Assembly (NCBI GenBank): GCA_964016885.1
Contig: OZ024740.1
Span: forward strand, 60,326,001 to 60,390,000
Direction: 5' to 3'
Length of the DNA: 64,000 nucleotides
Source of the DNA: Eledone cirrhosa
Taxonomy: Eukaryota
Shown: positions 40,690 through 54,646 of the stretch, piece after piece
Numbering within the stretch: the stretch's first letter is position 1
Layout of the letters: each line of letters opens with the position of its first letter
Program-made: the position numbers and the translations under genes
Notes under the pieces: model-generated
Told to the model about the DNA's origin: nothing
What the model saw: only the letters and a program-made list of their open reading frames with translations
The model's database searches: none

Positions 40690-41428
40690 CTAACTAATGA
40701 TAGGGTCCAAGCCGTATGAAGAACTCAATGTAATCCGTATGTAGAAGATGTCGTGAAGCCAAGTTTAAAATCCAAAATTTCAACGATATAATTCATTGGA
40801 AGCAGAGTCAAAATAATACAAATAGTGAAAACAATGAAATTAAACAAAATACGGGTAATTCATAGTAAAACTCATTCTTTTACGATCGTTTCTGGGGGGT
40901 AGTTCTCCGTATGTTCATTCTATTAGTGATCTATGTAAAATATATTACAAATTATCAAAGTAAGAAAATATATATACGTCTTCCCTACCCGCCGTTAATT
41001 TTCCTTGACCGTCCACACTTTTATGAGATTTCTATACAATCTGTCTAAATTCCTTTACACTCGCAACTTTCTTTTCTTAAAGGTCATTCGATACCTCATC
41101 CCCTGACTGCTAATTTATTCATCTACTACTACCAGCTTAATGATCTATATTGCCCCTTCCTATTTCTACTATTGGTCAATCTCAACCTTGTTCTTAAAAG
41201 GTTACTTATTCATACATGTTTTTATATTCTTCAATAAACAAAACTCATTATTTCTGAAGACAGCGGGTGGGAAAGACGTATATATATATATTCTTACTTT
41301 GATAATTTGTAATATATTTTACATAGATCACTAATAGAATGAACATACGGAGAACTACCCCCCAGAAACGATCGTAAAATAATGAGTTTTACTATTAATT
41401 ACCCGTATTTTGTTTAATTTCATTGTTT

Positions 41429-41433
<5 letters not shown>
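40690..41433. mobile_element. PLE 3' end with inverted pLTR (fold-back) in (TA)n
   Basis: Inverted arms ~40822-40995 / 41262-41433. Confidence 0.75.
41241..41389 (+). ncRNA. Type I hammerhead with 13 bp stem I and 104 nt stem II
   Basis: aaactcattattt CTGAAGA [41261-41364] GAAA cgatcg TA aaataatgagttt. Confidence 0.75.
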
Positions 41434-41512
<79 letters not shown>

Positions 41513-41709
41513 CAAACATCACGGACGCTCTATCTCAAAATTATTTTTGAAAAGCATTAGAAATGCGCAACTGGTAAAAACCAAAACTCAATACTAACAA
41601 ATACTATTACTAATTCTCACTTATTCCTAATTAAACTATTTTTCACTGTGAACAATTTGTCACCATTTTCTATTCCGTTTACCAATATATATATATATAT
41701 TTATATATA

Positions 41710-43421
41710 TGGAAATCATACCTGTTTCCCCGCGAGTGTTGAGGGTGACCTTCAATGGAAACCCAAGACTGACAGTCATCTCAGCCTATAGTCCAACCGA
41801 GGGAGACAGTGATGTGAGTGCGGAGGAGTTCCACGAAGAGGTGTGTAGAGCTGTCGACACCACACAAGCTCAGAACATCCTGCTTGTTCTGGGGGACTTC
41901 AATGCACATCTGAGTAAGGAGAGCAGTGAAGATCGGTGCTGGTACTTCCATAATAACACCAACCGAAATGGAAGACTACTGACAGACACCCTGCTGGAGG
42001 CGAATTTGATGGCTACCAACCTAAGGTTTAGGAAGAATCCGGGGAAGATGTGGACCTACCATCTCAGATATGCACCTGTCAGCCCAGAACACTGTGGAGA
42101 TCGGGCAGCTGTTTGAGAAACTGGATATTGAAACGGGACCCTTCACCAGAGAGGAGCTTCAGAAAGCCAAGAAGAAGATCAAGGAGGGCAAGGCTCACGG
42201 AGAAAAGGGAGTGGCATCAGAGGTGATGAAGAGGTGTTATTTTCATGATATCATCCTGCGGTTCTGTAACCAGGCACTGGAGAAAGGAGTTGCCCCGAAT
42301 CAGTGGAGGACCAGTATCATCGTCCCAGTTCCAAAGAAGGGAGATCTCTCTAACACCAACAACTACAGGGGAATCTCACTGACGTCACTTATGGCAAAGA
42401 ACCTCAACAGGATGATTCTTAACAGGATCCAGTTCAAGATGGAGAAGAAGCTCAGGTACAACCAGAACGGCTTCAGAGAGGGAAGATCAACCACTAGTCA
42501 TATCCTGATGCTGAGGAGGATATTAGAGGGAGCTAGAGCAAAGAGCCTCCCTGCAGTCATGGTTTTCATTGACTTTAGGAAGGCCTTTGATTCTGGGGAC
42601 CGTCACTGCCGTCATCTTACAGGCTTATAGAAGTCATTACAGCTGATGGGATGACGGAGTTCTTTGAGATACTGACTGGAGTATTGTATGCGCCTTGCGC
42701 TGGAGAAATACCAGGACTCTGGCTTTACTGTAACACTGGCTCAGAGCAGGAGAGTTAAGGCAAAAAAGATATCGGATGCTGAATTTGCCGACGACATAGT
42801 TCTGGTAGAGAATATTAAGAAGTCAGAGAAGATTACTAATGTAGGCGGGAAGCCGCTAAAATTGGTTGATGACTTCCTGTATCTGGGAGCAAAGATTGGG
42901 AATACAGATGATGATGTAGTCAAGAGGAAGAGCAAAGCCTGGGCGGCATGCCACAGCTTCAGATCGGTGTGGAAATCGGATCTTCGTAAAGACCTGAAGA
43001 TCCGTCTCTTTGTTGCTACAGTGGAGTCTGTGCTGCTTTACGGGTCTGAGACTTGGACACTGACCAAGAAACTCACTCAGGTGGTGGATGGGTGCTACAG
43101 GAGAATGCTGAGGATGGCTCTGAACATCTGAGGATGAAGAACTCAGAGCTGTACGGGAGCCTCCCAAAAGTCAGCTCGAGAGTAGCACAGAGTAGACTGA
43201 GGTTAGCTGGACATGCTCACCGACACCCAGAGTTGACACTGCACTCAGTGCTCCTGTCGGATCCCCTGCATGGACACACTGGAAGAGGGAGACCGAGGTT
43301 GACATATGTTGATGCCCTAAGGACAGACACTGGTCTCTTGGAGACGCAGGACATGGCAGCGATGATGAGGGACAGAGATCGCTGGTGAGAACTCGCCCAT
43401 GGATCTCGGGAGTTTTATCCG

Positions 43422-43425
<4 letters not shown>
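41710..43425 (+). mobile_element. Internally deleted RTE-type LINE (APE + RT) in (TA)n
   Basis: TVISAYSPT, LGDFNA, YRGISL, QNGFREGRST, FIDFRKAFDS, FADDI, VESVLLYGSETW. Confidence 0.92.
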
Positions 43426-43460
<35 letters not shown>

Positions 43461-43464
<4 letters not shown>

Positions 43465-43645
43465 AACAAGTAGGACCCCGACGGCTGAGCTCACGACGTT
43501 TCGACGGCGTCCAGAATTAGCCGTCGAAACGGCTTGAGCTCAGCCGTCGCGGTCCTACATGTTCCTATTACCCACTCTACTACCCTAAGTATTGAGTACT
43601 TTGGTGCGTTATGGTCCATCTGGTTCCTTACCACATTTCCTTCGT

Positions 43646-43647
<2 letters not shown>
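43461..43647. mobile_element. Family A PLE mini-element, fold-back, in (TA)n
   Basis: Same family as 26218, with the long arm on the plus strand. Confidence 0.8.
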
Positions 43648-43742
<95 letters not shown>

Positions 43743-43961
43743 ACTGAGTGTGAAAGTCTCTGGATTTCGCAAAATTCATAATATTTTTTATTGGAGAAGG
43801 TAAGATATTTCCCACAAAAATTTGATCGCACTGTTTTGTTTCCACTTATGTATTTTTTGAAAATGTTATATATTCATTATAAAAATTAAATGATAGCATT
43901 CTATGTGTAGGTGGTCCCACTTCATCTCCTGGCAACCAATATATTTAGACCCAATACGCCA

Positions 43962-44035
<74 letters not shown>

Positions 44036-44391
44036 GGCACTTGAACTAAAACCTGTTGAGAAAGTGACTTCCTTGTTCAATCATCCTACCAGAAGTCTAA
44101 GCGGACAGTACTTGATTTAGGAGTCGCAGAAACCCAAATGCTAGAGTTTACCAACCATCCAGGGGTCCAGGTAAATTTTTCAATCACATATTTTTTTTAT
44201 TTGTATGGCCCGAATTACTTGGTCGTTTCCATGGCTTTGCGGATGACGGTTTAACCATCGTCTCAGTGTGTTTGGCCTTTAACGTATGTTGTAGCTCTGG
44301 TTCGTCAGAATTATTGAGCGCTTGCCACACATCTCGGAAGTTGTTTTTCGCTAATTCCAAAGCCGAAATACGATTCTCGCTAATTTATATT

Positions 44392-44440
<49 letters not shown>

Positions 44441-44710
44441 GTGGTTTATTAAGTTCAAATCCTGGCACGACATATTTCTATACAGTAAGCTAGTTACTAC
44501 AACAGAGCGAACAAGCAGTGATGAATAGTATACTTCCCCTGACGACGGCTAAGAAAGCAGAAAAGTTCAGACTTGGTTTATTTGCTTGCATGTCCAGAGA
44601 ATATTCTTTAGCTAATCACAATATTCTTTCCTACTCATTCCATTTAACAATTGTGTAGTTTGTCTGATGTTGAAAATGTTGCAATTAATCAAACTTAAAT
44701 TTATATACAT

Positions 44711-44776
<66 letters not shown>

Positions 44777-45553
44777 CTGTGTGTGTGTGTGTGTGTGTAC
44801 ACACACATTTTCATACACGCACATTTTCTTAGCAATATACATCAGTCTAAACTGACTTCATGTATTCGCTATCTGTTTATAAGTAATCATTTTTAATTCA
44901 AACGTCATCTAAGCCTTTAGTTTAAACAGACTACCCCTAACAGAACAACACCACCACCACCACCACCACCACTACCACTACTACTACTATTTTGACTTTT
45001 CAATATATCATATCTTGACTGAGTGTTCGGTTTATTATGTGAAAAGTAACAATCGAAATCAGTTACATGAATAAAATGTTTATACAACAGAATATACGCT
45101 GAAACACAGTACAGCATATTTCAGATATAGTTAGTAGTGTAAAATACGGGTGGTAGAATCTATCCAACACCCGGTTAAACATGACCCTTATGTACCTTTA
45201 GTGGAATCCACTTTGTTACAAGAATTAGAGCCAGGTTTATGGCCTGAAAATAACTTTCTCTTTTCTCGCACCTACCTAAGATACCTTGGAAAAGGTTATG
45301 GCACTGCTGTTCCTCCTCCCATTTAAAGACGAATTAAGACGTTAATATATGAACCTCTGAGGATTTTATGATACCCTCACCTACTTTATATGGAACAAAA
45401 TTTCCATATACTACTTTATATGGAACAAAATTTCCATATACTGTACTGGATAAAATTGTATGGAGCTTCTCTTTACTTAAGACTCTCATGTGATGCCTAT
45501 TCTGCTTTATGGTTACACCAGGGCTGCTCCGGCTATACCATTAAAACAAGTTA

Positions 45554-45992
45554 ATAATTGTTTCTACTTTTGGCACAAGGCCAGCAATTATCCCAGTGTA
45601 TTACTGGTACTTTATTTTATCGACCCCCGTAAGGATGAAAGGCAAAGATAACCTCGGTGGGATTTGAACTCAGACCATAAAGGGCCGTAACTCTTTGCTG
45701 CAAAGCATGGCGTCCGACCCTCTACCGATACTACCAATTAATGTAAAATAATTTATAATATTGATTTCTTATATAGACACAAGGCCAACCATTTTGAGGG
45801 AGAGGAAAGTCGATTAAATCGACCCCAGTGCGTGACTGGTACTTTATTTTATCGACCCCGTAAGGATGAAAGGCAAAGTTAACCTTGGTGGGGTTTGAAC
45901 TCAGACCATAAAGGGCCGTAACTCTTTGCTGCAAAGCATGGCGTCCGACCCTCTACCGATACTGCCAATTAATGTAAAATAATTTATAATAT
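45554..45992 (-). mobile_element. Tandem pair of family 1 SINEs with shared flank
   Basis: Both copies are followed by identical 'caattaatgtaaaataatttataatatt'. Confidence 0.85.
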
Positions 45993-46444
45993 TAACCACA
46001 GAAATTTCCACAAGTTTCCATTGAAAATCTTATTCCTTAATGAAGGCGATATTCCTTAATGAAGGCGATATTCCAGCCGCTCTCCAATTACTGAAACCGA
46101 TAAAAGAATGAAAGAATTAATATTTACGTCAAACAAAATGTCATGTAGTATTTACGTCAAACAAAATGTCATGTAGTATTTAGAGTCACATTCCAAGTCA
46201 ATTTTGCTGTTATACTTCCAAGGTCGACAAAATAAGTATTCTATGAGTACTTATATTAGAAATTATCGATGGCTGTTGATTAACAGAATGTCCTGCGGTA
46301 TGTAGTTACAGTCCTTGATGTTCTGAGATCGAATTTCACCGAGCTCGACTTTGTCTTTCATCCTTCCGAGGTAGGTAAAATATTGGTGTCAATATAATCG
46401 ATCACTTCCTATCCAACAAATTTCTGACCTTTGTAGATATCATT

Positions 46445-46634
46445 GGTAGATTGAGAGTATCGGTAGAGCATCAGACATCATGCTTTGCAGCATAGAGTTA
46501 TGGCCCTTTACGTTCTAAGTTCAAATGCCGCCAAGCTTAACTTTGCCTTACATCCTTACAGGGTCGATAAAATAAAGCACCAGTAATGCACTGAGGTAAT
46601 TGCTGGGCTTGTGCCAAAAGTAGAAACAATTATT
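46445..46634 (+). mobile_element. Family 1 SINE
   Basis: Matches the family sequence; older copies lie at 46280, 47415, 47650, 48410, 48640 and 49350. Confidence 0.8.
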
Positions 46635-48997
46635 AGGTAAAATGTCTTCTGATTATGTAACAGAATAATATAAAACGTTTTGAAATTTGATTAACCAAAT
46701 ATTTTCGTTATATATCGTATTCAATCTTAATATGAATTTACTCTTTCGGAGAGAGAGAGATTTAAATAATTTTAATGTGGATGAATTAACGATCAAAATG
46801 TTCGACAAATTTGCCAGTAGCTGTGCGATAATGTATGATTCACTATCATAGAGGATTAACGTGTTATCTTTGGGAAACCCTACGAGGTTACATTGCCCTT
46901 TTTGTTTCAAAACATTCATATTTGACTCCCTTGTTGATATATGAAAAAATACTCAATATTTTTTTTAAATCTCCTACGTATTCTTTTTCACAAATAATAT
47001 ATTTTTGCATAACTTATTGTTATTCGTTCAGTTAATCATTAAAGCTACCTCGGTACAAAATAGCAATTCTTTTAGGTCTGTCTCTGACTAATGTCATGAT
47101 AGCATCATTCATACACCTGATCTACTGTTAAATTTACATAAAGGATTAATTTTGAGAACTTTCTGAAGAGCGTATTTGCTGCACTGCATCATAATGAGCT
47201 GATAGTTTACAACAGGTACGGCCATTATGTGAATACTACTGTCTTAAATTTGCATACAAGCCTAATGTATATTCATAGAACGTTGCTATGCTTACTGCTC
47301 CATTTACACTTTGTCTATTTCTACATTCTTTATCGAATATAATATCCTCCAGTGTTCAATAAACACCACATTTTAAATACACATTTTAACATTTCGTTTT
47401 ATTAACATGCTTCGGAGGTGATGGATTGACAAAATGGCTAAGCCGTCAGACAAATTGCTTTGCAGCATTTATTTCGTTTCTCTACGTTCTCGACTCAAAT
47501 TCCGCCGAGGTCAACTTACTTCTCATCGTCCCACGGTTGATAAAATAAACTACCAGTCAAGTATTGGGGTTGCTTCTAACGATCGATCCCTCGCCTCAAA
47601 TGTCTGGTCTTGTGTCTATACTAAAAACGATTAATAATACGCGTTGAACGTGATGGATTAGCACAATTGGTAGAGCGCCTGATAAAACATCATGCGGGAT
47701 TTCATCCTGTCCTTTATGTTCTGGTTTCAAATCCCACCAGCGTCAGCTTTGCCTTTCATCTTTTCAATGCTGAGAAAATAAAGTGCCTGTCATATACTAG
47801 TTCACCTAACTCCCCTCCAAAACAACGATGATTTCTGTAATGTCAACCTCCTTCATGCATCAATGGCTAACCTAGACAGGACCTATAGAAGATGTAGCAG
47901 TAATTGTGGTACCCCAGCATGACCTCGGTCCGTTAGGCTTGGTATATATATAGAGCTAACTTACCAGATGGAACCTTCCCCGTCTTTAAAGATGGTAGTG
48001 TTTAATTTAAGGGAGACATGGCTGCTATATTTAGCAGGCCAATTCACCACTTAGAGATCTCCCTCTTGTTAATATTGATGTATTATAGAGACGTAACATT
48101 CTATTTATTTGTTGAAATCTCGCCAGGTTTAACTTCACCGCTTACACTCCCAGAAGCAATAATATCAACACCAATAATGGTGTCTAACTTTGTCACAAGG
48201 CCAGCAATTTTTAAGGGAAGTGAAAGTTGATTATATCGATCCCAGTACTTGAATGAAATACAACGTAGACTTTGATGGGATTTGAAATTATAACGTAGAG
48301 AGAGGGCTGTAACTAAATGCTATAAAGCATTTTTTCCGACGTTCTAACAAATCTGCCATGCAAATAATGAATTCCTCCTGATTCAACTGTGTACACTCTT
48401 CCCTATGGGCGGCAAATTGGCAGAGTCGTGTCATTAGAAGCGTGTTATAGAATGTATTGTAGTATTTGTTCTGACTCTCTGCGCTTTGAGTTCAAATCCT
48501 ACTGAGGTCAATTTTTCTTTTCATCCCACCGAGGCTGATATAAGCCCAGTATTAGCATTTCTTCTTTTTCTTCTTCTTCTTCTTCTTCTTAATATATTGA
48601 GGTTGCTATTATGTTTGTTACTATTTTAACAAGGTTAGAGTGGTGGGTTGGCAGAGTCGTTAGAGCGTCGGAGAAAATGCTTTGTGGTATTTAGTTATGA
48701 CTTTCTACGTTCTAAGTTGAAATCCTGCCGAGGTCGATAAAATAAAGTACGAGTTATATACTGGTGTCGATATAATCGACTTTCCCTTTCTTCCCAATTG
48801 CTGGCCTTTTGCCAATTATTTAACCCAAGGTCAGCTATGACCGAGAAGAACAATTATCAAAGTCATTTCAATCATAACAGCCCTCTATTTTTCCTACGTG
48901 CAGAAAACTCTGAATCCATTATCCAAAGTGTTCTTTCTTTTAAGGCGGTAGGGTGTGATTTGAAAGACATGTGTCTGATATTTTGGGGCTTTTTTTG

Positions 48998-49305
48998 CAG
49001 GGGCGTGCAACAGGCGGTCCGCGGGCCCGCCAGACCAGTCAGAGTGGCGTGCCATGACCGTTTTTAATTTTTACCTTGTAGGCTTATTTAGAATTTTCTT
49101 TGCAACCGTAATACTATTTTCCGTAACTTGACCTATACTAAAGGGCTTCACTGATAGGGTTATGTGGGTTATAATTTCCCAGTTCCATGTTATGGAAAAA
49201 AGTTGTGGTGAATCTTTGGAATAGTGTTTAATAAATATTAATGGCCCTAATAGTTGTTCCAATGTTCAAAAGTGGCCCGCCAATAGAATATGTTGCACAT
49301 CCCTG
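48998..49305. mobile_element. hAT (Charlie-like) MITE
   Basis: TIRs caggggcgtgcaaca / tgttgcacatccctg; subterminal ggcccgc motifs; no clear TSD. Confidence 0.7.
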
Positions 49306-49996
49306 ATCTAAAGGATCCTTCGATAGTTCGTATGAAGTGAATATGTGCGATGGATAAGCAGAATCTTTAGAACGCTGGGTGAAATACCTTACGATATTTA
49401 GTTGTGACCCTTTATGCACTGAATTCGAATCTTGCCGAGCTTGATTTTCACTTTCAATGATCTAGGGTGGATAAAATAAAGTACCAATTGAGTACTGGTT
49501 TGATTTACTCGACCATACCCGTCTCCCCACACCACTAATATTTCAGGTCCTGTGCTAGCGCTAGAAAACAATATATTGATGATAACGACATTGAGTCATT
49601 AGAAAACTCCTGGGAAACGTGCAGTTATTTATTACAGTTTGAAACTGTTGCACCCAACTTAGACTACTAATAGTATTGAGAAAGACATAAACGTCACAAT
49701 TTCCTACCCTTCAACAAAAAAGGCAATTAAAAAAAAAACGAACAATATTTTGTAGGCTATCTATATATAAAGTAGATATAACATCATATCCTCGTTAATT
49801 CTCTCGAGAAAAGCATGAATGTCAACAAAACAATAAATGTCCCTCTCTCCCTTCCCTATTACTCTGAAATGTTGTGATTATGTAAGAAATCAATATATTG
49901 CGACTGGTTATTCTTTATTTTATAGTTCTATTGAAACTTTTATGCACGAATAGATCTCATCTACATTAAAAATACCCATGAAACACACACACACTC

Positions 49997-50074
<78 letters not shown>

Positions 50075-50620
50075 GGGGGGTAGATAGATAGATAGGTAAA
50101 TGATATTCATTATAGTTGATAGAGTCAACTACTTCGTATTTCGTTCTAGTGTGCTTCATAATCATAAAGTCTCGGGTTCGATCTCACTGAGTGGCATCTT
50201 GGACAAGTCTCTTATACCATAGCTTTTCGTCGACCAAAACCTTGTGAGTGAAATTGGGTAGACGGAAACTATGCAAACATGTTGGATGAGCTGTACTTGT
50301 AATTTAACAGGTCCGCCATGTCAGATACTGTGTTGCACTAAATCAGTTCGATGATTACATTGAGTGTATATGTGTCAGTAGAATAATCGGACGACCAAAC
50401 AATAATAGAACGAATCAGCAGTTCAGTTGATCAAACAACTGGAGTAATTAATTGTCAAAACCGACCGAGATCTATTTATTTATATCTCGTGATCAGAGCT
50501 ATCGGCCCTATTATTAATTTTAAGAAATGGGTGCAAGGGGTTTTTGACGTTCCTATATTTTTCTAGTACATTAGCGGCCTAGGTAAAATAACTACCACTA
50601 GAAATCAAACTTGCACTAGT

Positions 50621-50912
50621 GTAAAGACCCCCTTTGGTAACGAATGACCATTGGATTTGCACCTAGAAAGTTCCCATCTGAGACATAAATCCGGGCAAGG
50701 TTGTTTGTAGAAGACCAGCAGTCGCCCATACATGCCAGTCTCCCCTCTCCACAAAACTGATGTTGTCCAAGGGAAAGGTAAAGGCCGATACAGCTTGGCA
50801 CCAGTGACGTTGCAACTCATTTCTACAGCTGAGTGAACTGGAGCAACGTGAAATAAAGTGTCTTGCTCAAGAACACAATGCAAAGCCCGATCCTAATCGA
50901 ACTCACAACCTC
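50621..50912 (-). mobile_element. Family 2 SINE
   Basis: Reverse complement of 51565-51870. Confidence 0.85.
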
Positions 50913-51529
50913 AAGAGGCGATATGTCAAGAGCTTGATACACATTTAATAGACTCATTAATGACATGTATTGAAGAAGGCGCCAGCTATTCAATGTAATG
51001 AGCCTGACATTTAATTGAATACTATCTCACCCATAGTAGAAGAATAAAGCTATTAGCCTAATTATTAATGCTAGTCAAGAAAGACAGAGGCGATAATCCC
51101 GGGAGCAACATTATTCAAAATTATTTAAAAAACAGAAAGCCATTGAGAATAGGTTTGATCTTTGGCAGTAGGATGAGACTGGGTTTGAGTATTCGCCAAC
51201 TTTATTTTCTCTTCTAGATTTATTTAATCTGAGAAAATATCTTGAAATCCTAACTTGTCCAGCGTTGCCATCGTATTTATTTAATAACAATTATTAACCC
51301 CCCCCCCTCTGGTATATTACCTCTTTTAATTAGTTGCTAAACTGTAGTTTCAATAATTTACAAAAATCGTTTTGATTTTTAGTAAACATTTCTGCCTTTG
51401 TTTAGATCTGTTAAGCATTGTGTAGAGATTAAAACAAAAGGAGGAAGGGAGCATGTGGTTCAATTGACATAGGCCTATCAATTTGAATACCTCACGTTTC
51501 TGATATTTTATTCTGTCGTGTTACTTGCA

Positions 51530-51870
51530 AGGTGCATGGCTTAGTGGTTAGAGCGTCGGGCTTACGACCGTGGGTTTGTGAGTTCGATTCTCGGACCGGG
51601 CTTTGCGTTGTGTTCTTGAGCAAGACACTTTATTTCACATTGTTCTGGTTCACTCAGCTGTAGAAATGAGTTGCGGCGTCACTGGTGCCAAGCTGTATCA
51701 GCCTTTGCCTTTCTATAGGACACCAACTGAGGCGTGGAGAATGGAGAATGGCATGTATGGGCGACTGCTGGTTTTCCACAAACAACCTAACCCTGACTTG
51801 TGCCTAGGAGGGGAACTTTCTAGGTGCAAATCCCATGATCATTCATGACTGAAGGGGGTTTTTACCCTTT
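51530..51870 (+). mobile_element. Family 2 tRNA-derived SINE, full length
   Basis: A box tggcttagtggt, B box gagttcgattc, body shared with 50621. Confidence 0.85.
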
Positions 51871-52381
51871 ACATGTACATGTTATACCCATAAACCATAA
51901 ATAAATCATATATTTAGTTCTAATTATCTGGGCTGGACCTATTCGCAGCTTTGCTCGGGCCTAATTGTCCAAAAGTCGTCACTCCCCTTCAATACATGTA
52001 TATTGAACATTCATTTAAGTTATCGTGGTCACATACAATAAATATATTTGCACACACTTCACTATTGATACTGCATGTATGTATATATGTATATACACAT
52101 AACTCCTTGTGGAATCGCATGGCTGCCTACGTGATATACTGTGTTTCTTGACAATTTTTTTTAAATCAGACGGAGCCGAGCCTATCCCCTCTCAATGTCT
52201 AAAGCGTCGGAGTGATAGAGAGGAAGAATCCATCCCAGTACTGGACTGGTACTTTTTTCTCCACCTCAAAAAGATAAAGCTGACCTCGGTGGGATTTGAA
52301 CTCAAAGCGCAGAGAACCCGAACGAACACCGTAAAACATTCTACCCAACGTTCTAACAACTCTGCCAATTCGCCGCCTATA

Positions 52382-52889
52382 TCTCCTTATAATATATAAC
52401 CAGCAATTTCTCTGTCTGTCTGTCCGACAGTGGAAACACGTGCGCGCGTGCAAATGTTTTTTGCGCACGCGTAGAGAGAGAGTGAGAGTGAAAGAAAGAG
52501 ACAGACTACGAGAGGGGATAGCGGGAGGGAGAGAGAGAGAGAGTGAATAGACGCTAAAACACGTGCGCGCGTGCGAATGTTTTTTGCGCACGCGTAGAGA
52601 GAGAGCGAGAGTGAAAGAAAGAGACAGACTACAAGAGGGGGATAGCGGGAGGGAGAGAGGGGGAATTGAGGAGTGCTACAGAAACATATATACATTTCTG
52701 TGTGTATGTAATATATATATATATACACACACAGAAATATATATATATACACACAGAAATATATATACATTTCTGTGTGTGTAATATATATATATATATA
52801 TATACACACACAGAAACATATATACATTTCTGTGTGTGTAATATATATATATACTAGCAGAAAACCGCCCATCGAGTGGTTTTCTGCTA
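52382..52889 (+). mobile_element. Probable non-autonomous Helitron with internal tandem duplications
   Basis: tc..tataatatataa..ctgtctgtctgtc start; duplicated ~120 bp units; palindromic ctagcagaaaacc end. Confidence 0.5.
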
Positions 52890-52890
52890 A

Positions 52891-54353
52891 TCTCTATATA
52901 TATAAAACGAAAGATGTCTGTCTGTGTGTGTGTATGATTTTTATGCATTTCCACATTTCTCTACCGATTTTGATGATTTTTTTCCAATGTGCTCCAAATT
53001 TACCAACGATGATCAATGCGTAATAAACTTCGCCAAAAATGTCCTGCTTCTATGAAAAAAAATCGATAAAACTAAATACATGCTGTAACCCTCTCTCTTA
53101 CATGCTCATTCACTCTCTCTACTACCCAACAGCGATAAAACTTCGTTCAGGAAAGCGACATAAACTTTGAAAACTAAGCAACACATCATTTTATACAACA
53201 ACAAACATAGTCATAACGCTCTCTCCGTCGCTCTTCACTCTCTCTATAATAGATAATCCCACCTCTCTATAATTTAACTGCTTTACTCTCTTCATGCTTT
53301 GGGATTTAACACACCTCCCTATAGTTTCTTAGCTTTACTCTCTTCGTCGCTCTTCCTTCTCTCTATAATAGATTATTCCCCCTCTCTATAATTTAACTGC
53401 TTTACTCTCTCTGTCGCTTTTCACTCTCTATATGACAACGCTGTTTTACACACCTCCCTATAGTTTCTTAGCTTTACTCTCCCCATCGCTCTTCCCTCTC
53501 TCTATAATAGATTATTCCTCCTCTCTATAATTTAACTGCTGGGGGAGTCATTGGATTTCCGTATTGACATACAGCTTTTCTGGGATATTTTAAATCGGCT
53601 TATTGCAAATAACAACCCGCAAAATAACACTTCATATAACAGATTAATGCTATAGACATATGAATCGGAATGTTTAAATTATTTATTTTTTACGACTTTC
53701 ATTGGTTAAATATTAATATGACAATACCCATAGTGTTGTACTTCTGGCAATTTTGCCGAATACACTGCTAAGGATGAACCTTTTCCCCTCGGCGTCAGAT
53801 ATCACGTTCGATTTCCGGCGATCCCAATTCCCGGGGAGACCATGTTTTGCCATGTCCATTAACAAGTCACAAGGCCAAACATTGTCGGTGGCGGGCATCC
53901 ATTTGGGGGAGCCATCTTCTACCATGGCCAACTTTATGTTGCCTGTTCCCGCGTAGGGAGCAGGAATGGACATTTTGCTTACACTCCTCAAGGGATGACA
54001 CGCAATATCGTCTACAAAGAGGTGCTATAGATGTTGGTGCAGGTGTTGGAGGTGTTGGAGCTATGCCGTCTGGAAAACTATTTCCTGGTAGGGTCACCCA
54101 TGGCGGACAGGTCTGGCACCCAGCGGCATCAGGGCCACCATCTTGCAACATTGGTCTGCTAAATTCGCTATTGGAAGATTATTAACCCATCATTGATTGT
54201 CCAAAATGCTAATTGGTTCGTAACTTTTAATAACCGGTTCAACTGCTTTATGCACTTAAATGATAAGCTTATTCGCTTTCAAGCCACGTTTACCTGTGTG
54301 TAACTTTTCATAGCAAATGAACAAACCCGAGCAACGCCGGGCTAAACTGTTAG
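52891..54353 (+). mobile_element. Non-autonomous Helitron retaining a helicase C-terminal fragment
   Basis: TCTCTATATATATAAAA start; FRRSQFPGRPCFAMSINKSQGQTL / HGQLYVACSRVG at 53745-54030; cccgagcaacgccggg hairpin plus (C>T)TAG end; internal minisatellite 53215-53540. Confidence 0.85.
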
Positions 54354-54646
54354 TTGATAATATATAAGTACATTAAAATAATTTGTTGACATTTTATGGT
54401 GCGCTATTCATTTTATGAATATGTTTATTGTGTTACTGCTACTATTGGAAGGACATTTATGATTAAAAGGAACATAAATTATAACAAGTAGTTGTTATTT
54501 TCTGTATCTAAATTTCAAAATTAAGAGATAATGTAAATACCTAACGAATGATTTCTTCCGGCTATTTATAAAATAAAGTATTTGTGATATTTTGTTAATA
54601 TTCTAAATATATTCTTTTCAGTCTGATTTAATTCGAGAATAAATAT

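Noticed and set aside
44536-44572. CTGACGA-cggct-aagaa-agc-aGAAA hammerhead-like motif
   Set aside because: Stems I and III do not pair; at most a decayed relic.
51530-51605. tRNA-like sequences
   Set aside because: SINE heads with A/B boxes, lacking a complete cloverleaf.
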